Shown here piece by piece: positions 41,752 to 51,686 of a stretch of 64,000 bases of DNA. Numbering within the stretch: the first letter of the stretch is position 1; every line of letters begins with the position of its first letter. Source of the stretch: Spirochaetia bacterium (GTDB lineage: Bacteria; Spirochaetota; Spirochaetia; CADAEX01); NCBI GenBank assembly GCA_963662265.2, contig CAXXHA010000013.1:1-64000 (forward strand), in the 5' to 3' direction. Position numbers and translations under genes: made by a program. The notes under the pieces were generated by a model that made no database searches, was not told the origin of the DNA, and was given only the letters and a program-made list of their open reading frames with translations.

Positions 41752-41767
41752 TGGCACATCTTATGCA
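41752..41767 (+). promoter_or_regulatory. Sigma-54 (-24/-12) promoter
   Basis: TGGCAC-ATCTT-ATGCA downstream of a bEBP gene, preceded by an AT-rich tract. Confidence 0.75.
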
Positions 41768-41802
41768 TATATGTCTCTGAAGGGGTTTCAAGGAGACAAA
41801 TT

Positions 41803-42439
41803 ATGGGAACTGTTTATTCTTCAGAAAAAAAGAAAGCAGGATTATTTTTCAGGAAAAAAAAATATCAGACAGATGACTGTTTCGGAAGGGCTCGAAATTG
41901 TGAGTTCGATCGTTGATGCAATGGATGGGAGCAGTGAAGGTTCTGATAATTTTGTTACAGCCAACAAAATTCTTGAGCTGGAAAACCAGTTTGAAAGTTA
42001 TGAGAAATCCTTTTTGAAAGCTGTTGAGGAAAGACGGTGTCTTCCTGCATGCTGGGAGGAAATCTGGAAAATTAACAGGGCACTTAAAGAACTTGTTAAT
42101 CATTTTTCTATGATTTTCAACAAGGAACAGATTTTCAGAAGTTCTGATTCATATTCTGTTTTTTATGATTACCAGAAAAGATTTCTTGATAATGTAAAAT
42201 CTTTTTTCACTGATTACCTCAGTAACAGAAAATATGTTTATGAAATTCTTCTTAATAACCAGCTTGAACTTAAAAATTTCATGAAACTTTATTTCAGCAG
42301 AATCAATTCTGTCAGCAGTGATAATATTGCAGCAGTTGAATCACAGCTCAGAATTCTTGAATTGTTTGAAAAGGTAAATGAAATCAATGACAGAATTCAG
42401 AATTCCCTGAGCAAGATATATGTATCAACAGGGATCTAG
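41803..42439 (+). CDS. Hypothetical helical protein, remote DUF47/PhoU-like; probable +1 frameshift in A9 run (41854-41862)
   Basis: AGGAGA RBS + ATG 41803 (MGTVYSSEKKKAGLFFRKK) joins the long frame if one A is removed; the ORF-track ATG 41771 lies upstream of the expected sigma54 TSS. Confidence 0.55.
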
Positions 42440-42683
42440 AAGATTTAAGAAACTGATCGGGATTAGATGATCAGGATTCTGCATTTTAAAAAGGCAGCAT
42501 AACAGCTGTTTTACTAAGGTTGTTTCCCGGTTTGTTAAACCGGTAAGCTATAGAGTTGTTCCTAGGGATCAGAAGATTCGTTGAATATGATGGTCTCTGA
42601 TAAATACCGGAATGATTGCGAGTTCCGGTATTTATCACACTTTTTATTGAGGCAGAAAATAATGCCTGCTGAGGAGAATAATA

Positions 42684-43292
42684 ATGTCAGTTAATGGACG
42701 TAATATAGATATACCGTTATCAGGAGCTTTTTTCTGGAAAAGAGTAAAGCTTGAAAAAATTGCAGAAGATTTCATCGATAAAGTGATCGGCATTGCCGAA
42801 TGTGTGGAGAAGGCTGAAAATATCGACACTATGGAATCTTCTTTTAATGAACTGTCTGATTACTATTACGGAGTAATGGAATCACTTGAAAAATACAGCC
42901 TTCCATTCTGGTGGGAAGATTTTTTCAATGTAGAAAACGAATTAAAATCTCTCGTTTCTCAACTTATTTTCTATTCAAATAATATTAATTTTATTGAAAT
43001 GAAAACCCCTTTCGAAGAAATGATTGAGCGGGAGATTTTGATTCTAAAAGATATAAAGAGTTTTTTTAAAGTCATGATGTCAGGTAAGGAGGGTATTGCC
43101 CCCGTGAAGGAAAGTCTTTTCAGTCACGAAAAAGAGTTTTCAGAAATATTGAAAGCTGTTTCGCAGGATTCAGAAAACAGGGATAAGGATGTTCTCTATT
43201 TTCCGGTTGTAAATATTTTTGAAAGAATCAGTAGAATTAACGAAAACATTTCAGAGTCGCTTGGTAAAATAACCATGGGTGCGGCAGTCTGA
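42684..43292 (+). CDS. Hypothetical helical protein, paralog of upstream gene (remote DUF47-like)
   Basis: LPFWWEDFF vs LPACWEEIW; IFERISRINENISESLGKI vs LFEKVNEINDRIQNSLSKI; GAGGAG RBS. Confidence 0.7.
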   Translation: MSVNGRNIDIPLSGAFFWKRVKLEKIAEDFIDKVIGIAECVEKAENIDTMESSFNELSDYYYGVMESLEKYSLPFWWEDFFNVENELKSLVSQLIFYSNNINFIEMKTPFEEMIEREILILKDIKSFFKVMMSGKEGIAPVKESLFSHEKEFSEILKAVSQDSENRDKDVLYFPVVNIFERISRINENISESLGKITMGAAV

Positions 43293-43310
43293 TGCTACAG
43301 GAGAGATAAA

Positions 43311-44978
43311 ATGAGTATCTGGAATATTTTTGCCCTTATCGGGGGACTTGCAATATTTCTGCATGGGATGATTATGATGAATAAGAATCTCACCTCAATA
43401 GCAGGTGAGAAGATGAAGTCTGTAATGCTTACTCTCACCAAGGGAAAGGTGAGGGGGTATCTTACAGGGCTTGGTATAACAATGGTTAACCAGTCATCAT
43501 CTGCAACAACTGTTCTTGAAGCAGCTCTTGTCGGAGCAGGGCTTCTTACTTTCCAGCAGTCCCTTGCAGTAACTCTTGGTGCAGAGCTTGGATCAACATT
43601 TCTTCCACAGCTTGTTGCTTTCCCCTCTATCACCAAATTTTCAACGATTATTATTGCAATCGGTTTTTTTGCTTCGATATCAACAAAGACAAAGAAAGGA
43701 AAACATACTGCAATGACAATCCTTGGATTTGGTCTTCTGTTTATGGGTATGGACATGATGTCAGGTTCATTGAAACCTTTAAGATCATACCAGCCTTTTC
43801 TTGATCTTATGATGAAAGTTGAAGCGCCAATTCTCGGTATTATTGTTGGTGTACTCTTTACAATGATTATCCAGTCTTCAGGAGCAACAACAGGTCTCAC
43901 AATTGCAATGGCAATGGCTGGCACAATTTCACTTGAACAGGCTGTACCTATAAACCTGGGTGCTGCGGTTGGAACATGTATCACAGCTGTTCTCGGAAGT
44001 CTTGCCCTCAACTGGGAGGCGAAAAGATCTGCTTATATTCATATCCTGTTTCAGCTGATTGGAGTTGTATGGATTTTTATCCTTCTGACAATTCCTTATC
44101 AGGGTGAAAGGCTTTATATCTGGCTTGTTAAATTGTTCTGCCTTAAAGTTCTTGGAACAGACAGCCTTGCAAGGCAGATTGCAATGGCATTTACATTCAT
44201 GCCTGCAATAAACCATGTAATTGTATTTCCGACCCTTAAATGGATTGTAATGTTTTTTGACAGGATATGTCCGCCGCGTGAAGCTGATAAACCTTTCGGG
44301 GCAAAATATGTTCATGATAGCCTGATAGAAGAAAGTGTTGATCTTTCACTTGAAATGGCTAAGAAGGAAATTGTTCGGGTTGCTGAAATTATTACAGAAA
44401 TGTTTGATGGTGTTAAAAAAGCCTTCAACAGCAAGGATGAAAAAGTCGTATATGATATATGCCAGGAGGACTCAAAAGTAGACCTTCTTCACAGAACAAT
44501 TATACCTTTTCTTGCCAAAATATCTCAGCAGGAACTTGAAAAGAAAGAATCTGAAAGAAGCATGAATTACCTTTATATTGAGAATGAACTTGAATCAATA
44601 GGTGATGTTATTGATAAAAACATCATGCCGCTTGCAGGAAAAATGATTGAACATAATCTTACCTTCTCTGAAGAGGGATTCAAGGAACTTGATCATCTTC
44701 ATAAGAAGGTTATGAAAAACCTTAATCTTCTGCTTGAAGCGTTAAGGGATGAGGATCCAGTTATTGCCAAGAAAATAAGGGAAAAATATGCAGACCTTGA
44801 CAGCGAAAACTATAAAGATCTTCATATTGAAAGACTTCATCTCGGCCTCAAGGAGTCTCTTCAGACATCTTCGATCCATCTTGATCTTCTCAACTATCTG
44901 ACTCTTATCAATGGTCATATACTTTATGTTGCAGAAAGGATCATGTGGCTTGATTCATCAGTGAAGAAAGCTGTTTAA
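43311..44978 (+). CDS. Na/Pi cotransporter (NptA/YjbB family) with C-terminal PhoU domains
   Basis: QSSSATT and QSSGATT repeats, ELESIGD. Confidence 0.92.
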   Translation: MSIWNIFALIGGLAIFLHGMIMMNKNLTSIAGEKMKSVMLTLTKGKVRGYLTGLGITMVNQSSSATTVLEAALVGAGLLTFQQSLAVTLGAELGSTFLPQLVAFPSITKFSTIIIAIGFFASISTKTKKGKHTAMTILGFGLLFMGMDMMSGSLKPLRSYQPFLDLMMKVEAPILGIIVGVLFTMIIQSSGATTGLTIAMAMAGTISLEQAVPINLGAAVGTCITAVLGSLALNWEAKRSAYIHILFQLIGVVWIFILLTIPYQGERLYIWLVKLFCLKVLGTDSLARQIAMAFTFMPAINHVIVFPTLKWIVMFFDRICPPREADKPFGAKYVHDSLIEESVDLSLEMAKKEIVRVAEIITEMFDGVKKAFNSKDEKVVYDICQEDSKVDLLHRTIIPFLAKISQQELEKKESERSMNYLYIENELESIGDVIDKNIMPLAGKMIEHNLTFSEEGFKELDHLHKKVMKNLNLLLEALRDEDPVIAKKIREKYADLDSENYKDLHIERLHLGLKESLQTSSIHLDLLNYLTLINGHILYVAERIMWLDSSVKKAV

Positions 44979-45053
44979 TTAAAGATTCTGAAAAACAAAA
45001 CTTGCGGTGGTGCAGGTGGTTTTACGGAAAACAGGTTAGGGAAATATATAAAT

Positions 45054-45097
45054 AAAAGCTGCAGTGAGGGGATATCTCCAAACTGCAGCTTTTTTTT
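45054..45097. terminator. Bidirectional intrinsic terminator
   Basis: AAAAGCTGCAGT...ACTGCAGCTTTTTTTT. Confidence 0.75.
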
Positions 45098-45136
45098 GAT
45101 AGTTTCTGAATTTGTATAAAATAGAACTGGCAAACA

Positions 45137-46702
45137 TCAGAAAGGTATTATTTCCATAAAATTATCAGGCTTACCCTCATTTATTCTCCATTCTTTTTGT
45201 GTCACCGATTTTCTGAAATTCCTGTCATGACTTACAACAAGCAGGGCGCATTCAATTTTAATGAGCGCTTCTTCAAATGATACTATAGAGTTTATATCCA
45301 TGTGATTAAGCGGTTCATCAAGAATAATAAGATATGGATTTCTCAATATCCCTTCAGACAGGATCAGCTTTTTCCATTCTCCCGGACTGGGAGAATGAGT
45401 TTCCATAATTTTGGATGCATCTGACCCCAGTCTTGAAAAATTTGAATAAAGCATCCCTTTTTCGCTGTCAGGAAGCAGGCGAATCCTGTTTAAAAGCATC
45501 TCTTTTTCCTTTTTACCAGGCTCCTGCGGAATATAGAGTATTCTGTCTCTTTCAGTCTCAGACTGTTCTAAAATGTGATTAATGAGTGTTGTTTTTCCTG
45601 TTCCGTTATTGCCTGTTATTGATATCTTTTCTCCAGGTTTCTGTACAAGATCGGGGAAAGACAGGTTTCTGCTCCCCAGGCTGATTGTTCCCTGTTTTAT
45701 GCTTACAATACTGTCTCTACGGCATTTGATGTCTGATATTGTGATTCCAGCCTTTGACTCGGAATGAATATTTATTTCAGACAGCTGTTTTTCCTTTTTT
45801 CTTATTCTGCCGTCTATCTGCTTGTACAGCTTGCCTGCATGTCCGTCTTTTCCCGTAAGGCGGGCAAGATCTATTTTTGCCTTGGCATCATGGTCTTTTC
45901 CTGAAATCCCTTTTTTTGATCTCTGCCTGTCTGCGTTGTCAGCCTTGTTTCTTCTCTGTCCAGATTCTGCTTTCAGTTTAATAATTTCAGATTTTATTTT
46001 TTTATAATTATTTCTGCTGCTTTCCCTTTCGAGTTCCAGCTGCCTCAGTACTTCCGTGACAGAGCCTCTCCTGTATTCTGCAGATCCGTTTTCAATTAAA
46101 ATTGTATTGCTGCAGAGTCTGTCGACAGGTACCCTGTCATGGCTGACTATGAGCCCTGTTCCTTCAAAAAAGGAAAGAGCTTCTGTTATTATCATGCGGC
46201 CTTCTTCATCCAGGTGATTGAATGGTTCATCCATTGCAAGTATGTCCGGATTCCGGTAAAGGGCGCATGCTGTCTGGAGCCGTTTTTTCTCACCTTCGCT
46301 CAGAGCAGCTGATAATTCAGCCGGGGATTCTGAAAACCTGTTTGATGAATCATAAAAAATATCAAACCATTCCTTTTTGATTTTAAGAAGGGATGCGAGT
46401 TTTCCTGCATCAGATCCCCTTTCAAAGAATGAATAAAAGAAATCAGAAAGATCCGGCTCATCTATTTGAAATTCCTGGCTGCAGTAAAAGAAACTCCCTG
46501 TTTTCTTTATGCTTCCGGATGTGGGAGCAAGTGTTCCTTCCATCAGTTTCAAAAGAGTTGATTTCCCTGATCCGTTATTCCCGCAGACAGCTGTCCATCC
46601 TCTGCCAACAGAGGCGGAGAAATTGTCTATTATGTAATTATTCAGACCCGGGTAAGTAAATGAAAGATTTGAAATTTTAATTGATGTATTGTTTTCGGGC
46701 AT
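45137..46702 (-). CDS. ABC-F family ATPase (ribosome-associated, possible antibiotic resistance factor)
   Basis: Two NBDs (GNNGSGKST/DEPFNHLD; GNNGTGKTT/DEPLNHMD), basic linker, no TM segments. Confidence 0.85.
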   Translation of the reverse strand: MPENNTSIKISNLSFTYPGLNNYIIDNFSASVGRGWTAVCGNNGSGKSTLLKLMEGTLAPTSGSIKKTGSFFYCSQEFQIDEPDLSDFFYSFFERGSDAGKLASLLKIKKEWFDIFYDSSNRFSESPAELSAALSEGEKKRLQTACALYRNPDILAMDEPFNHLDEEGRMIITEALSFFEGTGLIVSHDRVPVDRLCSNTILIENGSAEYRRGSVTEVLRQLELERESSRNNYKKIKSEIIKLKAESGQRRNKADNADRQRSKKGISGKDHDAKAKIDLARLTGKDGHAGKLYKQIDGRIRKKEKQLSEINIHSESKAGITISDIKCRRDSIVSIKQGTISLGSRNLSFPDLVQKPGEKISITGNNGTGKTTLINHILEQSETERDRILYIPQEPGKKEKEMLLNRIRLLPDSEKGMLYSNFSRLGSDASKIMETHSPSPGEWKKLILSEGILRNPYLIILDEPLNHMDINSIVSFEEALIKIECALLVVSHDRNFRKSVTQKEWRINEGKPDNFMEIIPF

Positions 46703-46721
46703 AGTGCATCTCCTTTTGTTG

Positions 46722-46880
46722 AAAAAGCGGCACTTCAGTTACCCTGATGTTCTGTATGTGATAAAGGGTAAAGAAGAAAATATGGAGAAAGAAACTGCCG
46801 CACCTGCTCTCTGTAATTATTTTTGAGAAAGGCTGTCTGTTTCTGACTCTTTTATCTTCTCATTATCCCTGAATACTCCT
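46722..46880 (-). promoter_or_regulatory. Putative ribosome-mediated attenuator with micro-uORF MRR* (46852-46863)
   Basis: AGGAG...AGGGATA-ATG AGA AGA TAA, then GCGGCA...TGCCGC-TTTTT hairpin just before the ABC-F RBS. Confidence 0.6.
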
Positions 46881-47024
46881 GATATTTTCTTGATGTGATT
46901 CTGATAAAACATATAACGTTCTTAAATAATAATCAACTATTAATATGCAGTGAAATAATAAAAGTTGACAGGAGCAATAATATAGTGGACAATGTCCAAT
47001 AAAAGGTTTTGAAAGGAGATTTCA

Positions 47025-47945
47025 ATGGTAAATCTTGAAGTTATTGAAAAAATCAGAAGTTTTAACAGGTTTTATACAAAAATACTTGGATTGGTTGATA
47101 ATAAGATTTTAAAAACAGATTATTCACTGCTTGAATCCAGGATATTATTTGAACTCTATTATCAGGAAAAAATGACATCAAGCGATATTGTGAAAGAATT
47201 AAACATAGATCCGTCATATTTAAGCAGGATAATTAAGAAATTTGAAAAGGAAGGATTGCTTGAAAAACAAAGATGCAGTAATGACTCAAGGAAACAGATT
47301 ATAAATCTTACTGATAATGGAAAGGATGTATATTTGCATCTGCAGGATATATCCAATGATCATATAAAGTCTCTGATTGATGATCTTTCAGAAAAAAACA
47401 GAAACAGACTGATTGAAAGTATGAATAGTGTCAGATCAATTCTGAGTGAAGATGAAGATACTGGCTTGATTACAATAAGAAATCACAGAACAGGCGATGT
47501 CGGATATCTTGTTCATCAGCATGCGTTGTTCTATTCCCGTGAATATGGTTTTGATATTTCTTTTGAATCCTATGTTGCACGGCCGATGCTTGATTTCATA
47601 GAAAATTACAATGAAAAAACGGAACATTTATGGGTTGTTGAAAAAAACAACAGAATAATGGGTTCTATTGCAATTGTAAATGTTGATGATGAAACTGCAC
47701 AGTTAAGATGGTTCCTTCTGGAACCGGAAGTCTGCGGGAAGGGACTCGGGAAAAAACTTCTTAAAACAGCTGTAGATTTCTGTAATGAGAAAAAATATAA
47801 AAAAATTATTCTTTTGACTATGAGTGAATTACTTACTGCCAGAGCTTTATATGCACGGTATGGTTTTAAACTAAAAGAAGCAGAAAAACATGAAATATGG
47901 GGACGCCTGCTTGAAGAGGAACTCTGGGAGCTTGAACTTAATTAA
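47025..47945 (+). CDS. MarR-HTH / GNAT acetyltransferase fusion
   Basis: IRSFNRFYT, DPSYLSRI, AQLRWFLLEP, GKGLGKKL; palindrome TGGAC-AAT-GTCCA at 46986. Confidence 0.9.
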   Translation: MVNLEVIEKIRSFNRFYTKILGLVDNKILKTDYSLLESRILFELYYQEKMTSSDIVKELNIDPSYLSRIIKKFEKEGLLEKQRCSNDSRKQIINLTDNGKDVYLHLQDISNDHIKSLIDDLSEKNRNRLIESMNSVRSILSEDEDTGLITIRNHRTGDVGYLVHQHALFYSREYGFDISFESYVARPMLDFIENYNEKTEHLWVVEKNNRIMGSIAIVNVDDETAQLRWFLLEPEVCGKGLGKKLLKTAVDFCNEKKYKKIILLTMSELLTARALYARYGFKLKEAEKHEIWGRLLEEELWELELN

Positions 47946-47948
47946 ATA

Positions 47949-50564
47949 TTAATCTGTTTTAATAACTATATCCGCAGTTTTAAGTTCTTTTCCGCTTACT
48001 TTCAGTTTTATCTCTCCCGCTTTCTCATCTGACTGAACAAGCACAACCAGCTGACCTGAGAAAAGCCTCATTTCAGGTTTGTGGAAAAGATCAAGCGATG
48101 CGGAATCCCCGTTACATGCAGCCCTGTATTTTCCGGCCCCCGACACCCTGAATGAGATTGAATTGTCTGCAAGGGGGCAGAAATTTCCCTCACTGTCTAC
48201 GGCTGAAACCGTGACAAAGCTTATATCCCTGCCGTCTGATCTGATAACTGATCTGTCAGCTTCGAGTTTAAGCTCTGCAGGTTTTCCTGCTGTTTTTATG
48301 ATTTTTTCAGCTGCAGCTTTTCCCTCCCTGTCATATGCAACTGCTTTCAGTTCTCCCGCCTCATAGACTGTGTCTGTCCATCTCAGCCTGTATCTGTCAA
48401 GTCTTGAATTCCTGTCCTTTTTCCTGATCCCCTGACTCTTCCCGTTTATGAAGAGTTCAGCGCTGTCATAGCTTGTATATACAAACACAGGTGTTTTTTC
48501 CCCCTCTCTGCCTGCCCAGTTCCAGTGGGGAAGTATGTGAAGGGTGGGGGATTTTTTATTCCATACGCTCCTGTAGAGGTAGTATCTGTCTTTTGGTATT
48601 CCTGCCAGATCGCAGATTCCGAAGTATGAACTCCTCGAAGGCCACTCATCATCATATGGAGTCGGCTCCCCGAGATAGTCGAAGCCGGTCCAGACAAACT
48701 GCCCGATAAGCCAGCTCCTGTCATCAGAACAGGCAAAATCCTCATCCGGAATGTTTGACCAGTGGCATGCTTCAAGGTCGTATGATGAGCACTGTAGGTC
48801 CTCATACTTGGCCATTTTTTTCTCAATAGAAGGGAATTTATATATTCCCCTTGAGCTTACAGTCGATGCAGTTTCAGATCCCAGTATTAATCCCTGAGGG
48901 AATTTTTCATAAGCCTCTTCATAGAGATGTACCCTGTAGTTCATTCCCGGAAGCTCTATCTCTGCCCCGAAACCTGAATTCATTACAGCTTCTACCTGGT
49001 CCATTCCCACAGTTACCGGCCGGGTGGGATCTTCCCTGTGGAATAATTCCTGAAGATATTTTACCAGTTTTTTCCCTTCCGTTGTGAGCTGGTCAGGGAT
49101 TTCGTTGCCGCAGCTGTACATTACAACCGATGGGTGGTTTCTTACCCTTCCTGTGAGGTTTACTATATCTTTTTCCGCCCAGCTGTTAAAAAGAAGGTTA
49201 TAGCCGTTTTTCATCTTCGGTGTTTCCCATTCATCAAAGCTTTCAGCCATAAACATGAATCCCATTTCATCACACATCTCAAGCATGCATGGAGTAGGCA
49301 TGTTATGGGATGACCTGATTGAATCACAGCCCATGTCTTTCATAATCTCAAGCTGCCTTCTTACCGCAGATTCATTGACTGCAGCACCCAGTGCCCCAAG
49401 GTCATGATGGAGGCACACCCCTTTGAACTTTCTCACCCCGCCGTTGAGTTCGAATCCTTTTTCAGCTGAAAAGCTGATCTTCCTTATCCCGAACCTTATT
49501 ATCTGTCTGTCTATTTCAATTCCCTCATTAAAGAGTGAAAGTTCAGCAGTATAGAGATCCGGGGTTTCCGGGCTCCAGAGATCAGGAAAGGGGATTTCAA
49601 GGATCTGTTCAATTATGTTTTTTTTCCTGTCATTATCCTGCAGGTTGTTTCCTGTTTCTATGCTGTTCCCTGTTTCATTCATTTTTTTACTGCAGCAGGG
49701 AGTCTCTATATTTTTAATCCGGCAGGGACTATCATCAGCAGTTTCTCTGGTATTGCTTAAGGATTTATAAGTTTCCGATTTTATCCCTTCATTACCTGCT
49801 TCTGTCTGTACAGAGATTCCCGATGTTCTTTTATTGCTGTTTTTATCGAATATGACAGTATTGAGTTCCAGACAGCTTCCGCAGACTTCCGACTGTATTC
49901 TAACAAATGCTTTTTCTTCTGATATTTCAGGGGTTGTTACAAATGTTCCCCATTTCCTGAAGCCGTATGCAGGTTCTTCAATCAAATAGACATTCCTGTA
50001 CAGCCCCGCGCCGGGATACCAACGTGATGCCTGCTCCCTGTTCTCTAGCCTCACTGCGATAATATTTTTCCCCTTCCTGATAAGGGATGTTATATCAAAG
50101 TAAAAATAGGAATACCCGTACGGCCATGTACCTGCTTTTTTCCCGTTTATATAGACTTCAGCATTGCTCATTGCCCCGTCAAACTGAATTATAATTCTTT
50201 TACCTCTGCCCGGTTTTCCGGAAGATCTGAAAATAAACCTGTACCATCCTGATCCGATATGGGGAAGTCCTCCTGTCCTTCCTGTTTTCACAGAAGGGAT
50301 TTCTTCTGTATTCTGAAGTATTGCGACATCCTGTATATCATTTTTCTCATTAAATGGACCTGTAATTGCCCAGTCATGTGGCACATTTATATCTTCCCAT
50401 CCGGAATCATTGTAAAACAGAGATTCAGCATTCCCTGCAATCGGATCTCCTTTCCTGAATTTCCATCCTTTTTCAAGTTTGAAGATCTGTCTGTGATGGT
50501 TTGATTCCGGGCAGATTTCAAGGTGTTTTTCTGAGATTGCGGTATTGGAAATATTCTTTTTCAT
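47949..50564 (-). CDS. Glycoside hydrolase family 2 (beta-galactosidase-like)
   Basis: VPHDWAI, RWYPGAGLYR, GVCLHHDLG, RNHPSVVMYSCGNE, GSETAS, WTGFDYLGEP. Confidence 0.93.
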   Translation of the reverse strand: MKKNISNTAISEKHLEICPESNHHRQIFKLEKGWKFRKGDPIAGNAESLFYNDSGWEDINVPHDWAITGPFNEKNDIQDVAILQNTEEIPSVKTGRTGGLPHIGSGWYRFIFRSSGKPGRGKRIIIQFDGAMSNAEVYINGKKAGTWPYGYSYFYFDITSLIRKGKNIIAVRLENREQASRWYPGAGLYRNVYLIEEPAYGFRKWGTFVTTPEISEEKAFVRIQSEVCGSCLELNTVIFDKNSNKRTSGISVQTEAGNEGIKSETYKSLSNTRETADDSPCRIKNIETPCCSKKMNETGNSIETGNNLQDNDRKKNIIEQILEIPFPDLWSPETPDLYTAELSLFNEGIEIDRQIIRFGIRKISFSAEKGFELNGGVRKFKGVCLHHDLGALGAAVNESAVRRQLEIMKDMGCDSIRSSHNMPTPCMLEMCDEMGFMFMAESFDEWETPKMKNGYNLLFNSWAEKDIVNLTGRVRNHPSVVMYSCGNEIPDQLTTEGKKLVKYLQELFHREDPTRPVTVGMDQVEAVMNSGFGAEIELPGMNYRVHLYEEAYEKFPQGLILGSETASTVSSRGIYKFPSIEKKMAKYEDLQCSSYDLEACHWSNIPDEDFACSDDRSWLIGQFVWTGFDYLGEPTPYDDEWPSRSSYFGICDLAGIPKDRYYLYRSVWNKKSPTLHILPHWNWAGREGEKTPVFVYTSYDSAELFINGKSQGIRKKDRNSRLDRYRLRWTDTVYEAGELKAVAYDREGKAAAEKIIKTAGKPAELKLEADRSVIRSDGRDISFVTVSAVDSEGNFCPLADNSISFRVSGAGKYRAACNGDSASLDLFHKPEMRLFSGQLVVLVQSDEKAGEIKLKVSGKELKTADIVIKTD

Positions 50565-50718
50565 TTGATATCCGGTTGTTTTTGTTTAAGAAAGATCAGG
50601 CTGACCTTTGTTAATTATAAGCGTTCAGGATGGTAAAGGAAAATTAATTATCTGATAAATATTTTGTAAAATTCTACAGGATAATACTGTTATCTGATTA
50701 TGCAGTATCAGATCTAAA

Positions 50719-51618
50719 TCATAATAAAACAGAAATTACAAAAACTGCTGAATAAATAAAAACAAACTCAAGAAACAGATCAGAAATAATATTCATTGAG
50801 AACCCCTTTGTTTCTGCGTTCAGTCCTTTTTTAAAGAGTTTTGTCAGTTTTTTTATTGCCAGAAAAAGATAAACAGGTATGCCGAAAAGCTGGTAAGCTG
50901 TGATATAACCCATGATGACCGCATATATGACTGAAGCTGCAGCAGCAAGTGATTCGAAGATGATAATGTACCTGGAAAATGTTTCACCGGAAATTATTGA
51001 AAGTGTTTTTCTTCCCGCTTCCCTGTCTCCTGTCATGTCGCATGTATTGTTTACTGTAAGAATCTGTGCAACTGTGAAAAACAGGGGAAGTGATGCAGTA
51101 AATGAAGAAGCTGTGAATGTGCCTGTCTGTACAAAGCAGACAAGCATAAAAAGAACTGTTCCCAGAAATCCCCCTGCTGCGATTTCTCCGAAAGGGGTGA
51201 ATGATATGGGTCTCGGCCCTGCTGTATAGAAGAAGCCGACTGCCATGGAAAAAGCTCCTAGCGGGATAAGCACAAGCCCCTTCCAGAACGCAAGAACAGT
51301 TCCCGTTACAGCTGCAAGAAAAAAAAGTGAAAGAGCTGTAATAAGAGCATTTCCCGGGTCGACATTTTCATGGATAAGTACTTTATCTTTTTCCATGTTG
51401 TGTTTTTTATTGTCAACACCTTTAAGATAATCGAAATATGTATTGAATGCAGTTGTTCCCATATCAATGCAGAGAACAGCAGCCAGCATAAGAAGGGCGG
51501 CTCCTGTATTGAATGTTATTCCGATTGAATACATATAAGCTGTTGCAGCTGCATAGGTTCCTATACTTACTATTTTTGTCCTGATTTCTATTATTGAATA
51601 AAACTGTTTCAGATTCAT
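50719..51618 (-). CDS. menA: 1,4-dihydroxy-2-naphthoate prenyltransferase (MenA/DmkA-like)
   Basis: FNTYFDYLKGVD, YTAGPRPIS, NNTCDMTGDREAGRKTL. Confidence 0.85.
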   Translation of the reverse strand: MNLKQFYSIIEIRTKIVSIGTYAAATAYMYSIGITFNTGAALLMLAAVLCIDMGTTAFNTYFDYLKGVDNKKHNMEKDKVLIHENVDPGNALITALSLFFLAAVTGTVLAFWKGLVLIPLGAFSMAVGFFYTAGPRPISFTPFGEIAAGGFLGTVLFMLVCFVQTGTFTASSFTASLPLFFTVAQILTVNNTCDMTGDREAGRKTLSIISGETFSRYIIIFESLAAAASVIYAVIMGYITAYQLFGIPVYLFLAIKKLTKLFKKGLNAETKGFSMNIISDLFLEFVFIYSAVFVISVLL

Positions 51619-51654
51619 ATGATTATTTTGATTTTCTGTTTACTGAAGACTGAT

Positions 51655-51682
51655 AAAAAAACCGGGATATTTCCCGGTTTTT
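51655..51682 (-). terminator. Intrinsic terminator after secreted protein gene
   Basis: AAAAAACCGGGA-TATT-TCCCGGTTTTT. Confidence 0.65.
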
Positions 51683-51686
51683 ATTG

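Noticed and set aside
41771-41802. ORF-track start for the 222-aa protein
   Set aside because: No RBS and lies upstream of the expected sigma54 TSS; ATG 41803 with AGGAGA is preferred.
42440-42683. Possible riboswitch/sRNA in a 240-nt spacer with hairpins
   Set aside because: Only generic inverted repeats (e.g. ATAAATACCGGAA...TTCCGGTATTTAT); no recognisable aptamer.
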